A stretch of DNA of 63,334 bases, filler included, from Octopus bimaculoides (lineage: Eukaryota): the NCBI RefSeq assembly GCF_001194135.2. It is 5 parts of 5 records of this genome, joined end to end, with 100 filler letters (N's around TTAATTAATTAA, not from the genome) between each part and the next. Parts side by side here need not be neighbours in the genome. Positions count along the whole stretch, not along the records: positions 1 to 10,971 come from NC_068983.1; positions 11,072 to 16,835 come from NC_068992.1; 3 more parts are not named here. One strand, given 5' to 3'. Positions 1 to 12,275 of the stretch are shown here, piece by piece. The position numbers were made by a program, and so were the translations under genes. The notes under the pieces are model-generated. The model was not told where the DNA came from, made no database searches, and worked only from the letters and a program-made list of their open reading frames with translations. Positions within the stretch are counted from its first letter, which is position 1, and every line of letters starts with the position of its first letter.

Positions 1-8
1 TATATATA

Positions 9-44
<36 letters not shown>

Positions 45-160
45 TATATACACATATATATGCATATATACATATATATACACATATATATGCATATATA
101 TATTATACATACATACATACATACATACATACATACATACATACATACATGCATACATAC

Positions 161-197
<37 letters not shown>

Positions 198-1321
198 CAG
201 GTAAATTACTGACAAAATCCTATTTTCTGTTTCCTTTTTGTCCCGGATATATTTACGTCTCTTTTTTTCTCCTTCTGTTCTAGTTGTAAGCTTTTGCCGG
301 AGGAACAGTGAAGAATGGCCAGCGAAGAAGCGGAGAATACATGAACACACACAGACACACATACATATATATATACATACACACACTCATTTACTCTTCG
401 AAAATATATTTTTCCGTCAACAGATTACAAACGTTGGGGATTTCATCTGGAAACGCTAATTAACAACAATCCATGAGATCAACTTCAATCAAATTGCGAC
501 TTTAAGTAACCATTAAACAAATTCACTTTTTCTGAGCTTTATCTTAGCCACACACACACACACACACACACACACNNNNNNNNNNNNNNNNNNNNNNNNN
601 NNNNNNNNNNNNNNNNNNNNNNNNNNNNNNNNNNNNNNNNNNNNNNNNNNNNNNNNNNNNNNNNNNNNNNNNNNNNNNNNNNNNNNNNNNNNNNNNNNNN
701 NNNNNNNNNNNNNNNNNNNNNNNNNNNNNNNNNNNNNNNNNNNNNNNNNNNNNNNNNNNNNNNNNNNNNNNNNNNNNNNNNNNNNNNNNNNNNNNNNNNN
801 NNNNNNNNNNNNNNNNNNNNNNNNNNNNNNNNNNNNNNNNNNNNNNNNNNNNNNNNNNNNNNNNNNNNNNNNNNNNNNNNNNNNNNNNNNNNNNNNNNNN
901 NNNNNNNNNNNNNNNNNNNNNNNNNNNNNNNNNNNNNNNNNNNNNNNNNNNNNNNNNNNNNNNNNNNNNNNNNNNNNNNNNNNNNNNNNNNNNNNNNNNN
1001 NNNNNNNNNNNNNNNNNNNNNNNNNNNNNNNNNNNNNNNNNNNNNNNNNNNNNNNNNNNNNNNNNNNNNNNNNNNNNNNNNNNNNNNNNNNNNNNNNNNN
1101 NNNNNNNNNNNNNNNNNNNNNNNNNNNNNNNNNNNNNNNNNNNNNNNNNNNNNNNNNNNNNNNNNNNNNNNNNNNNNNNNNNNNNNNNNNNNNNNNNNNN
1201 NNNNNNNNNNNNNNNNNNNNNNNNNNNNNNNNNNNNNNNNNNNNNNNNNNNNNNNNNNNNNNNNNNNNNNNNNNNNNNNNNNNNNNNNNNNNNNNNNNNN
1301 NNNNNNNNNNNNNNNNNNNNN

Positions 1322-1379
<58 letters not shown>

Positions 1380-2034
1380 CATGTATAGACAAACATATTG
1401 AAGAATACATGCATACGTATTTCAGTATATATGAGCATGTCTGCAAATGCAGCTATAAGCATGAGAATACATACATAAAACAAAACATGGAAATCTGCAC
1501 ATGCACTAATTCCATATACTGCACACATGCATACAAACATGCACAAATACCCCGTTGATATTGTTGAAATTCCAGTGAATGAGATTTGGAGCTAGTTAGA
1601 AACCGCCTTTTGTCTATTGGCTAGAAGTCTTTGTAATACAACCAAATAATGACATACATATATACATGCGTACATAAATAGACAAATGATACGAAATGGA
1701 ATGAAGGACGTTTCTTCACTTAAAATCACTACAATTGTTTCGACACAATTTGACATTTGTAGAACATTAGTCGAAACAATTCAAGTGATTTTGAATAATG
1801 TTCATTCCATTTTCTATCCTTTATACTTTATAGATACAGTGTAATTCTTGGTGTATATCCATTAGCAAGAGCATTTCCGCTTTACGATGATAACAGATAG
1901 CCAGTAACTGTGGACGAGCTTTGCATGACATTCTACAAGGTTTCTTATTTAACTATATTCATACATATATGAGTGTATGTGTGTGTTTGTAAGTATGTAT
2001 ACGTGAAGAGAATAAAACAGGTTTATTTATCTTA

Positions 2035-2114
<80 letters not shown>

Positions 2115-3767
2115 TCTGGAAATTTCTTCTCCGCTCCTCTCACAATATTCCAATCCTCGTTCTTGTTTCTTTCCCTCGATTCTTCTGTCCTTCTTCTCCA
2201 TTGTTCCCCCTCTCCTTCTCTCTCTCTTCCTCTCACACAATTCTACTCTCCCTCTCTCTCTCTCTCTTCTTCCCTCCCACCTCTCTCTATCTTCATTCAT
2301 TCTTCACATCTTTCCCTATATTTTGTCCTCTTTCTGTTGTAATTGATTCTACTCCTACCGTCAGTTCCGGCAGATAAGCGCGCCGTGTACATCCAACATA
2401 AGACGCAGCCGCCAGATATTGTTAGTGGCTCTGTTTGGTCTTCAGTAAAATTATTGTTAAAGTATTCTCGACGTTAATTTCTGCATTTATTTCACTCATC
2501 CGATGCAGATATCAGGAGTTGGAGAGACCAGATTAACCCGGCGGCGCCGAATTATGAGAACATTACAAAGATTACCCAATGTGTGTGTGTGTGTGTGTGT
2601 GGGTTTGTACAGAAAGCGGGAAAGCAAAACGAACCAAAAAGTGAAATAAAAAGTATCTATAGTCTACAAGAAGGGATGATATAAACCTGATACGAGAGCT
2701 AATTAAGGAACCACATAGATCTATGGTCATTCTGTCCTCACCCAGCCATCATTCAGTGACCTACAGGCACATCCTGACAATGGATGCATTCACTCTGGCC
2801 GTTTTTACCTCTGTCATCCACTTTTTACTAAACTCACTGGAGGAGAACAACTCTCTCTCTCTCTTCCACCCCCTATCTCTCCCTCTCTCTCTTCGATCAG
2901 TTTCCTTTCAAAGTAGAAATTGTAAACGTTGTTGACAGTTTGACCAAAAAACAGAAAGCATCTGTCTTCAATCGTTCCAGTTCGTCCATTGCACAATCTC
3001 TTCCGCCGCCATAGCCATTAGACGGAGGAAACTTGCCTGCCCTACCCGGTTAAACTCGGTGGAGCTGGCCGATAACCTGATCTGTACTAGAAGTGATAAG
3101 AAGCTGTTTGAAATAACTTCGCATGTCTGAAATGGCCAGACATTGAAAGAACGAGTGCACAACTGTTTCGTCGCTCTGCATGCCCCTCAGACAGACTCGT
3201 CTCACAGCATATATGCGCCTGTTTACTGCCAATAAAATATGTACGGCAATCCTAGTTAACCACTCCAATGTATCAACATTAATCATTACACGGAAAAGTT
3301 CCGCTTCACTTAAAAAATACGCGTACATGATATTGTGAAATGAACGCTGTTTCTTTCTTCGTCCTTTTTGACTGCACCTGACCAACACATCTGGTATGTC
3401 TGTCTAAGATTAGTAATATTATGATGAAGAACTGATTTCCACTCATATTCATTTCATTATTTCTGTTTTATCATATTGTTACCCATCGCCTTTTATTCAG
3501 ACGTTTTAAAAGCAGTTGTCATAAAGAACCAACGTCTTAGTCCCCTAGATTTGATTTCACTACGATAGCCGTATTGTTAGTCAGTGACCATCAATGTCAG
3601 TGACCATCAATCCCCTGCAGGGTTTACCCATTTACAGTTGAGTGGACTGTTAAGCAATGTGAAACGAAATGTTTTTGTCCAAGAACACAATGTACCGCCG
3701 ATCTGGGGGTATCGAAACCACGATCTTGCGATCGTGAATGCAAAACCCTAAACAACCAGGCCACGCG

Positions 3768-3817
<50 letters not shown>

Positions 3818-4120
3818 CACAGATGAGATAAATAGTCTATTTTTGAGTTTGTGTGCCTATATGTATCTAGGTGTACGTGTGTTTAGATGTATTTGCGTAT
3901 AGTTATGTGTATGTGGTTGCGCGTGTGGTCGTGTCTGTGTGTTTAGATGTATTTGTGTGTATAATTATGTATGCATATTTTTAAGTGTTTGTGTGTTGGT
4001 GTGAGTGTGTGTGTGTGTGTATGTGCGTCTATATATATTTGTGCGCACATCTGTATAGTTGTGTGCGTGGCTGTATGATTGCGTGTGTGCATAGTTACGT
4101 GTGTTTGTGTGTATGTTCGC

Positions 4121-4152
<32 letters not shown>

Positions 4153-4237
4153 ATGTGCACATTTGTATAATTGTGTGTGCGTGGTTGTGTGATAGTGTGA
4201 GTATTGTTACGTGTGTTTGTGCTGGTGCGTGCGTGCA

Positions 4238-4332
<95 letters not shown>

Positions 4333-4961
4333 GTGTGTGTGTGTGTGTGTGGTTGAATGAGTGTATATGCAGTTGTTTTGATAAAGCCGACTGCCATCGA
4401 CCGTATCAAGTGGTGACAAGATCCAGGGAAATCCCGCGGATTATTGTGGACTATTCTAAAACAAACACGGTCCCCTGGCGAGCAAACATGGCGTTGATCG
4501 TGAAACAACGGCCCCCGTGCCAGTCGCAGTTGCATTATCAACAGATACCACAAATTTACCTGTTGATTCACTGATATCACCTGAACAGGTGTTGTTATTG
4601 TTGTTGCTGTCGTCGTCGTCGTCGTTGGTGTTGTATAGCCCAAGGTCAGCACTTACCCGGATCCAGTAAATCTAGGATCAAAGACATCCCAATTGTGACA
4701 ATCTCGTCCTTTGTCTTATGTTTTATCTTCCATTTTGTTCTTGTTTTAGTTATGGACCCCGGCCATGCTGGGGCACTGCCTTTTAGGGCGTTTAGTACTT
4801 ATTTTTTTTTAAAGTCTGTTTCTTATTCTATCGGTCTTTTATGCTGTGCCATTAAAATGTAGGGATGTCAACACATCAACACCGGATGTCAAGTGGTGTG
4901 TCGAACAAACACAAAAAACCTGCGCGCGTGCACACACATCATTTGCAGAAAACATAAATCC

Positions 4962-5085
4962 GGAGATGGCCGGTTTATTGGATTAGCTTAGATTTCACGT
5001 CCGTAAAGGGGTCTGACGATAAGCCATAAGGCTAAACCCTTTATGGACGTGAAACCTAAGCTAATCCCATAAGCCGGCCTTCTCC
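4962..5085. repeat. 124 bp near-perfect hairpin (50 bp arms, 44/50 matches, 24 nt loop)
   Basis: 4962-5011 is the reverse complement of 5036-5085. Confidence 0.9.
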
Positions 5086-5150
5086 ATTTTTAATACACAC
5101 ACACACACACATATAAATAAATATATATATACGACAGGCTTCCTCGTGGT

Positions 5151-5385
5151 TTTTTATTCTTTACTGCCCACAAGGGGCTACACACAGAGGGGGCAAACAA
5201 GGACAGACAAGCGGATTAAGTCGATTATATCGACCACAGTGCGTAACTGGCACTTATTTAATCGACCCCGAAAGGATGAAAGGCAAAGTCGGCCTCGGCG
5301 GAATTTGAACTCAGAACGTAGCGGCAGACGAAATACCGTTAAGCATTTCGCCCGGCGTGCTAACGTTTCTGCCAGCTCGCAGCCT
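5151..5385 (-). mobile_element. tRNA-derived SINE family A (central domain gtcgactttgcctttcatcctttcggggtcg, MetaSINE-like)
   Basis: Head ggc..gagctggcagaaacgttagc, B-box gagttcaaattcc; several near-identical copies in the window. Confidence 0.85.
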
Positions 5386-6462
5386 TTGGTTCCTTATGGT
5401 TTCTGCCTACAAAACCCTCTTACAAGGCACTGGTCACCTCGGGGCTACACAGAAGATACTTGCTCAAGGTGCTGTGCGATGGGACTGAAACCGAAACCAC
5501 AAGGTTGCAAAACGAACTTCTTAACCACACAACAATGTTTGTTTATTTTCCGCATGTCATCTAAGATTGCATTCGTCGTGAGATGGTGGGATTTGCGGGA
5601 GATTTAGCAGCTATTTCCTACCGGTCGAGTGACTATATATAGGGAGCTTATCTAGTTACCATAGTGAGCGGTTTAGCAAGTCACAATGTAGTCCCGCGGC
5701 CACCAACAGTTTTGAAACGACATACCTGAGGAATATGTCAACCTTCTGCACCTGTTATTCGTTAGAGATTTTCTTGACATCATAACCACCAACCTCAAAT
5801 CAGGAATGTGTTTGTCGAAGGCGAAAACTTATTTCTTCAAAGTTTATAAACCCTTAATGCCAACAGACACTCTGTTGATTACGACGACGAGTGTCCAGTT
5901 AATCCGATCAACGGAACAGCTTACACGTGAAATTAATGTGCAAGTGGCTGAGTACTTCGGAGACACGCACACTCTTAACGTTGTTCTCATGGAGATTCAG
6001 TGTAGCACAGAATGCGACAAGGATGACACTTTGAAATACATGTACAGCAATCCCTCGACTATCGCGGGTGTTACGTCCCCCCCACCCCGCGATAGGTGAA
6101 AATCCGCGAAGTAGAAATATTACTGTACTGTATACTTATTATTATTATTTTTATAATTTGTATCGATTTATTTTATTATAAATGCAAAACAATACTACGG
6201 AGAAATCGACGTAAACTTAAATAATAAACCGCGATAGATGAACCGCGATATGGTGAGGAATTTTTGCCAACTGAGTCAAGTAGAGCTACGTGAAATAGTG
6301 TCTTGCTCAAGGACCCATTGTGTGTGTGTTTGTGTATGTATATGTGTGTGTTTGTGTGTCTGTGTGTGTATGTGTGTGTGTTTGTGCGTGCGTGTGTGTA
6401 CATACATACATACATACACTCATACATATACTCATACATACATACACTCATACATACATACA

Positions 6463-6495
<33 letters not shown>

Positions 6496-6627
6496 TCATA
6501 CCTACATATATATATACACACACACGAAACTACACTGCTTGATGCCAAAATTCCGGTGAAATACTCAGGCTTCTAGGTTAGAAACCGGCTCATTTTTCCA
6601 TTAGTCAGAAAACAAATAAAGAACACA

Positions 6628-6705
<78 letters not shown>

Positions 6706-7085
6706 AGCTAATAGTGCTTATACATATACACAGACGTTGTCTTTGTGTGTATGCACATGCAGTTATCTCTCTCTCTCTCTCTCTCTCTCGCTCTCCTCTT
6801 TATTGTTGCTCACAACCAAAACCGTTTTACCAACGATTACAGCCGACATCTAAATGTCTACCTGTAGTAAATCATCCAATTAGATGTAATATTTGACCGC
6901 AATATTTCGGAATCTTTCTCCATATATTATTATTAATTAGATCAACATTCCAAACGCGAGCCACATATATTCCACTGATCTAAGCAAACATTCCAAGAAC
7001 TATGTCAATGCTGCTTATTTGGGGATTTCTCAGCTGTGAATGTCTTTTGCCCATTTCCCACTGATTCCAGAAACATTTCCTATCG

Positions 7086-7123
<38 letters not shown>

Positions 7124-7730
7124 GGTCTAGAGACAAAGACTTTCCTCTCTGGGCAATCTCTCATCAACTTCTTCAAGTATCACCTGAAGAGGAAGTTGAG
7201 AGTAGAAAGGGAAGTCTTGTCTAGTGAATGCTTCAAAAAAAGATGGGTGAATGTAGCAAGGATGGCACGTGTGAACGACGGAGCCATCTTGAGCATAACC
7301 CTATGAACAAGAAAAGAAAAAAAAACAAAAAGGCAAAAGAGAGTCACTTACTGTTATAGTTTCTTCAATGNNNNNNNNNNNNNNNNNNNNNNNNNNNNNN
7401 NNNNNNNNNNNNNNNNNNNNNNNNNNNNNNNNNNNNNNNNNNNNNNNNNNNNNNNNNNNNNNNNNNNNNNNNNNNNNNNNNNNNNNNNNNNNNNNNNNNN
7501 NNNNNNNNNNNNNNNNNNNNNNNNNNNNNNNNNNNNNNNNNNNNNNNNNNNNNNNNNNNNNNNNNNNNNNNNNNNNNNNNNNNNNNNNNNNNNNNNNNNN
7601 NNNNNNNNNNNNNNNNNNNNNNNNNNNNNNNNNNNNNNNNNNNNNNNNNNNNNNNNNNNNNNNNNNNNNACATTGTATTTGTCCCATCTTCGTTGAGCCC
7701 TGTGTGGCTAATAAAAGAAATGTATCTATC

Positions 7731-7785
<55 letters not shown>

Positions 7786-7818
7786 TCATCTATCTATCTA
7801 TCTATATATCTATCTATA

Positions 7819-7853
<35 letters not shown>

Positions 7854-7920
7854 ATGTCTGTCTGTCTATCTGTCTATATCTACATCTGTATCTCTCCATA
7901 TACATTTACACACACACAAA

Positions 7921-7994
<74 letters not shown>

Positions 7995-8689
7995 TGTATA
8001 CATATGTTTGTGTGTGTGTGTATATGTATATAATTCGCGTGTCTATATACTTCTCTCTTCACTCTCGTGAGAATGTCTACTTCTCTCCCTCTCTCCCGCT
8101 TTCCCTTCCAGTCCCCCTCCCCCACGTTCTCACTTCGCTTCATTACCACATTTATTTAATTGGTCTCTCAAATAATAATTGAGATTTCCTCTTGGTCCGT
8201 AGCCAGTTGCTTCGCTAATTTTATCCTAACCTAATTGGAACCAGAGTCAAGCACAAACGCTAGTCTCAACCATTCCTTCCAAAGCGTTGCCCTGGGCAGT
8301 AGCTATCCAAGACATATATAACCTACATAGAAATAGTGTGCCATGCGAAAGTACAGTAGGAGGGAGCACTCTAAAATGGCATACATTCGCTAGTTTGCTG
8401 TCGTCTGTTCACCGAGAGGAAGCAAGGTGAATCTGCTCCATTTTATTCTGCATTGAATTCCTTTCATACAGCGGAAGTGATCAATGATTAGTGATGAGTG
8501 TTTGCAGTGGATTATGGGATGTATTTTTATACTCACGTTTATACCGTTGATTTAACGATATTCTAGAAATCAGTGGGAAGGAAATTATGCTGTAAAATTG
8601 TATTTTTGATAGGAAACAAAAAAGTCGCGGATGAAAATTATCATATATAACATGTCGGAGCCGAACTAGGAGGAGGCAGTTAAAAGACG

Positions 8690-9476
8690 AGTGTCTGGCG
8701 CCTTCAAATAACCAGTGCTCCATGTAGGCTGAGCTTGTCAGCCTTGGATTGCAAACCAACCTAGGTGAAGGACCACTCTGGTTTCAAAACGAGGGGAACA
8801 AGGCATCTTCCGCCTAGGTGGGCAACATTGCTAGAGATGGTGTCTCGATAAAAAATACCGGTTGGTGGTAACCTAAAAGCGAGCCTCATTTATGAGTGAA
8901 AATGTGAAGCAAAATAGCTAACGATAACGATGTGGACAGGACCGGAAATAATGGTGAAGGTGCCGTATCTGACAGGTGTCCCATTGTGCTGCAGGGTGGG
9001 CCCGGTCGTAATCCAGCCACTGTTAGCCAAGTTGCGAGACAAAAGTGGAGTAAACAAGTAAACGTGGTGGTTACGGAGAGCTACCATCGGAGCGTTCCAG
9101 TAGATGCAAATGGCGTGCCAGTCAGAGGATACGGGCAACGAAGTATTAACACTCAACTACAAAACATGGCCCCAAAAAGATTGGTACAAATGTAAAGATA
9201 GAACACCAACAAAAGTCACCATTGCTTGGAAGTGCAAGAGTTTTCCGCAGGGTTCTTGAAGGATGATCAGCAAACAAATGTCTGCTGGCTGTGGACAGCT
9301 AATACTTTCCATCAAACTCAGCAAATATTATCAGGAGGGTTCTAAGCACCTTGAAAGACTACTGAAAACTTATGGATACCTATGGTTACAGGTAGTAACG
9401 CGCTACCGACATAAAATCTACCTGGAATAAGACCAAACCTGAATCAAACCAAGATAATAATAATGATAATAATAAC

Positions 9477-9535
<59 letters not shown>

Positions 9536-9563
9536 TAATAATGATAATAATAATGATAATAAT
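8690..9563 (+). mobile_element. Internally deleted R4/Dong-like (RLE) LINE: 5'UTR, ORF N-terminus, ORF C-terminus and (TAA)n tail
   Basis: RQKWSKQVNVVVTESYHRSVP...RGYGQR resembles the R4-type N-terminal R.KW...N..VMECY motif. QKSPLLGSARVFRRVLE resembles the RLE C-terminal QK..LLGT..ILR.VL. Long (TAA)n tail at about 9455-9563. Confidence 0.6.
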
Positions 9564-9940
9564 AAACAAACCTTTTATTGCAACAACACAATTAAATTCA
9601 CGATAAGAATTAAGGAGATAAGCACTTGCCAATATAGACAAACTGCACAATTACGAAAACTGTAAACCACAGCAAAACTTGTGTGTGTGTGAGTATAAGG
9701 TAAATTTAGATTCAGTACGATATATAATACCACTTGCTAAAATCAGAGCCAATGCACCATATAGACTCACAATAAAGATACAGACGAGCAACTTAATGAA
9801 CATATAAGAAATAGGCTTAGCTTTGCGTTGAACACATCAGAAAGTAAAGTATATTTTAATATCAATTGATTTCACGCTTTGCATGACAAACATACTCTGC
9901 GATCTTCAGAAAACGTGTGAGATCCTTGGTACAGTTGGGT

Positions 9941-10412
9941 ATATTTGAAAAAAGAAAAAGAATGACTTCACTAGTAGTTCTAATCAGTTTAATTTATTAT
10001 TTTTTTAATTTTTTGATAGTATAAATTTTAGTTCATAGAACTAGATTTCTGATGAAAGGTCAACTATTCCAATGGCTTCACAAAACACTCCTTTAACACC
10101 CCACCACCTCACAACTCCACCCCCAATCAAGTATCCTGTGTGGATTATTCACTACTTTCACTTCCACACTGATTACGAAACCCCAATCCCACCCCAAACA
10201 CATCCAAACCTCATATATAGAATCACAAAGCCCCAAATCCTCAGATCTTTTTGATAACGAATGCGAGTAAGTTCTCTCAAAAACTTATCAAGGATTTTTT
10301 TTAACTTACTAGATCTATGAACTAAAATTTATAATATTAAAAAATTTAAAAAATGTTAAATTAAACTGAATAGAACTACCAGTGAAGTCATTCTTTTTCT
10401 TTTTTCAGATAT
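9941..10412. mobile_element. MITE-like element with 104 bp AT-rich TIRs
   Basis: 9941-10044 is the reverse complement of 10309-10412; 264 bp spacer; TA-rich flanks. Confidence 0.8.
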
Positions 10413-10425
10413 ATATATATATATA

Positions 10426-10427
<2 letters not shown>

Positions 10428-10459
<32 letters not shown>

Positions 10460-10970
10460 GAGTGAGAGAGCAGTGCAAGTCATCAAAGTGACACGGGAGT
10501 AAAATATACGAAGCCCAGTATACCCGTCATGGCTACCCGTCTAATAAGGGTACACCAGGCATATGCATCACAACCATATGTGCGTGATATAGTGATCTGA
10601 AATCAAGATAAACAGCGCATGACTTTGCAGGTGGGGCCCAGTTAGAATTTTCTTCAGGTCGAGTAGCCCATTCCACTCAAAAGGTCCCTGAATGAAGGTT
10701 GTTTAAGGATGTTGAGCAAAACACCCATGTTTCCAAAGGTGAATTATTCAAACCCCAAAGAATTCCTCTCAACACATGGCTATGATGCTCCCCCACTACT
10801 TCTGCTCATGATCAGAGATGCACTTATCGTCAGCCACCAAGGGACATGCTCAACTGGTTAAGATCAAACAGCTGACAAGCAAATCTGTGGTATTGAGCAG
10901 AATATTTGCTGTAGCCCATCTTTTATACCAAGACAAAACAATGTACATGATAACACTTCCAATTAGTTAA
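10428..10970 (-). mobile_element. Unclassified retroposon 3' portion with (TAA)n tail
   Basis: Complex sequence ending in a (tta)n run at 10428-10460; no coding motif recognised. Confidence 0.4.
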
Positions 10971-11015
10971 TNNNNNNNNNNNNNNNNNNNNNNNNNNNNN
11001 NNNNNNNNNNNNNNN

Positions 11016-11027
11016 TTAATTAATTAA
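11016..11027. other. Assembly linker TTAATTAATTAA inside a 100 nt N spacer (also at about 16880, 48048 and 61186)
   Basis: An identical 12-mer centred in N runs four times; it gives stops in all six frames. Confidence 0.95.
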
Positions 11028-11091
11028 NNNNNNNNNNNNNNNNNNNNNNNNNNNNNNNNNNNNNNNNNNNNGGTGGCACATAAAAGACACC

Positions 11092-11307
11092 ATTTCGAGC
11101 GTGGCCGTTTTCGTGCGGGTGACACGTAAAAGCACCCACTACACTCTCTGAGTGGTTGGCGTTAGGAAGGGCATCCAGCTGTAGAAACTCTGCCAAATCA
11201 GACTGGAGCCTGGTGTTGCCATCCGGTTTCACCAGTCCTCAGTCAAATCGTCCAACCCATGCTAGCATGGAAAGCGGACGTTAAACGATGATGATGATGA
11301 TGATGAT
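11092..11307 (+). mobile_element. RTE LINE 3' end (young subfamily)
   Basis: Appears identical to 37096-37290; ends ...gcggacgttaaac(gat)n. Confidence 0.85.
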
Positions 11308-11348
11308 ACATACATATATGTACATACCTACATATATATGTATATACA

Positions 11349-12274
11349 CATGCATATATGGGTACAGGACATCAAAAAAATGTGAACAAAAAGAGAAACG
11401 AGAACATATAAAAAACAGAGAAAATGAGCAATTTTCGAACAATGAAAAAAACAAATAGAGAAACGAGATAGGCAACATAAAGAACATTCCCTTCATCAGT
11501 TGTCCCCTGTTTTATCTACTGTGCATTTCGAAGGTAGGGACACGATGCGACTTTGTTAAAACAGACTTCCCACAAAGCAAATTAAATAAAATTTGGGATT
11601 TTTTGTGGAGGGTTAAAGTAGTAGCAAAAATAGGACAGTGAGAACAAAACATTAAAAACAAACGGTGAGGGCCGTTAACCCAAGACGATGTCAAGTGGTG
11701 AATGCTGGAAAAACGAGCTTTGAGAAGAGACAGGTAAAAGCACATCTTGTCTTTAGGAAAGAAGTGGAAGAAGGAAAGATGGATAGCCGTTGGTCACATG
11801 TGAACAACGAGAGAGTCAAGGGGGAAGAGAGAGAGAAGGAATGGTGAAGGGGAGAGGAGAAGAATAGGGAATGGGTGGGAGAAAAACAAGAGAGGGAAAT
11901 AGATAGAAAGAATAGAGATAGAATAAGAGTGCGTATCGTAATTATTAAGATAAAACCTACTTGGAAATGGACAGCCCTCACCGTTTGTTTTTAACGTTTT
12001 GTTCTCACTGTCGTTTTTCTTATCACTTTAAACCTCCACAAAAAATCACAAATTTTATTTAATTTGCTTTGTGGGAAGTCTGTTTTAACAAAGTCGCATC
12101 TTGTCCCTACCTTTGAAATGCAGAGTAGATAAAACGGGAGACAACTGATGAAGGGAATGTTCTTTATGTTGCCTGTCTTGTTTTGTTTCTTTCATTGTGC
12201 AAAAATTGTTTGTTTTCTCTGTTTTTTTATATGTTCACGTTTTTTTTTATGTCCTGTACCCATATATGCATGTA
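11349..12274. mobile_element. MITE/foldback element with ~300-320 bp imperfect terminal inverted repeats
   Basis: 11349-11672 is the reverse complement of 11974-12274 (e.g. gcgactttgttaaaacagacttcccacaaagcaaattaaataaaattt); ~300 bp spacer. Confidence 0.85.
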
Positions 12275-12275
12275 T

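Noticed and set aside
8640-8880. HDV-like ribozyme at the 5' end of the R4-like element (TGGGCAACA and CTGGCGCC resemble HDV)
   Set aside because: I could not build P1/P3/L3/P1.1 in canonical order; a descriptor search on the family consensus would be needed.
11016-11027. Recurrent TTAATTAATTAA motif (four copies)
   Set aside because: Always centred in a 100-nt N spacer, so it is a scaffolding linker rather than biology.
11480-12175. CTGATGA within both arms of the large MITE
   Set aside because: No downstream stem II plus GAAA in either arm.
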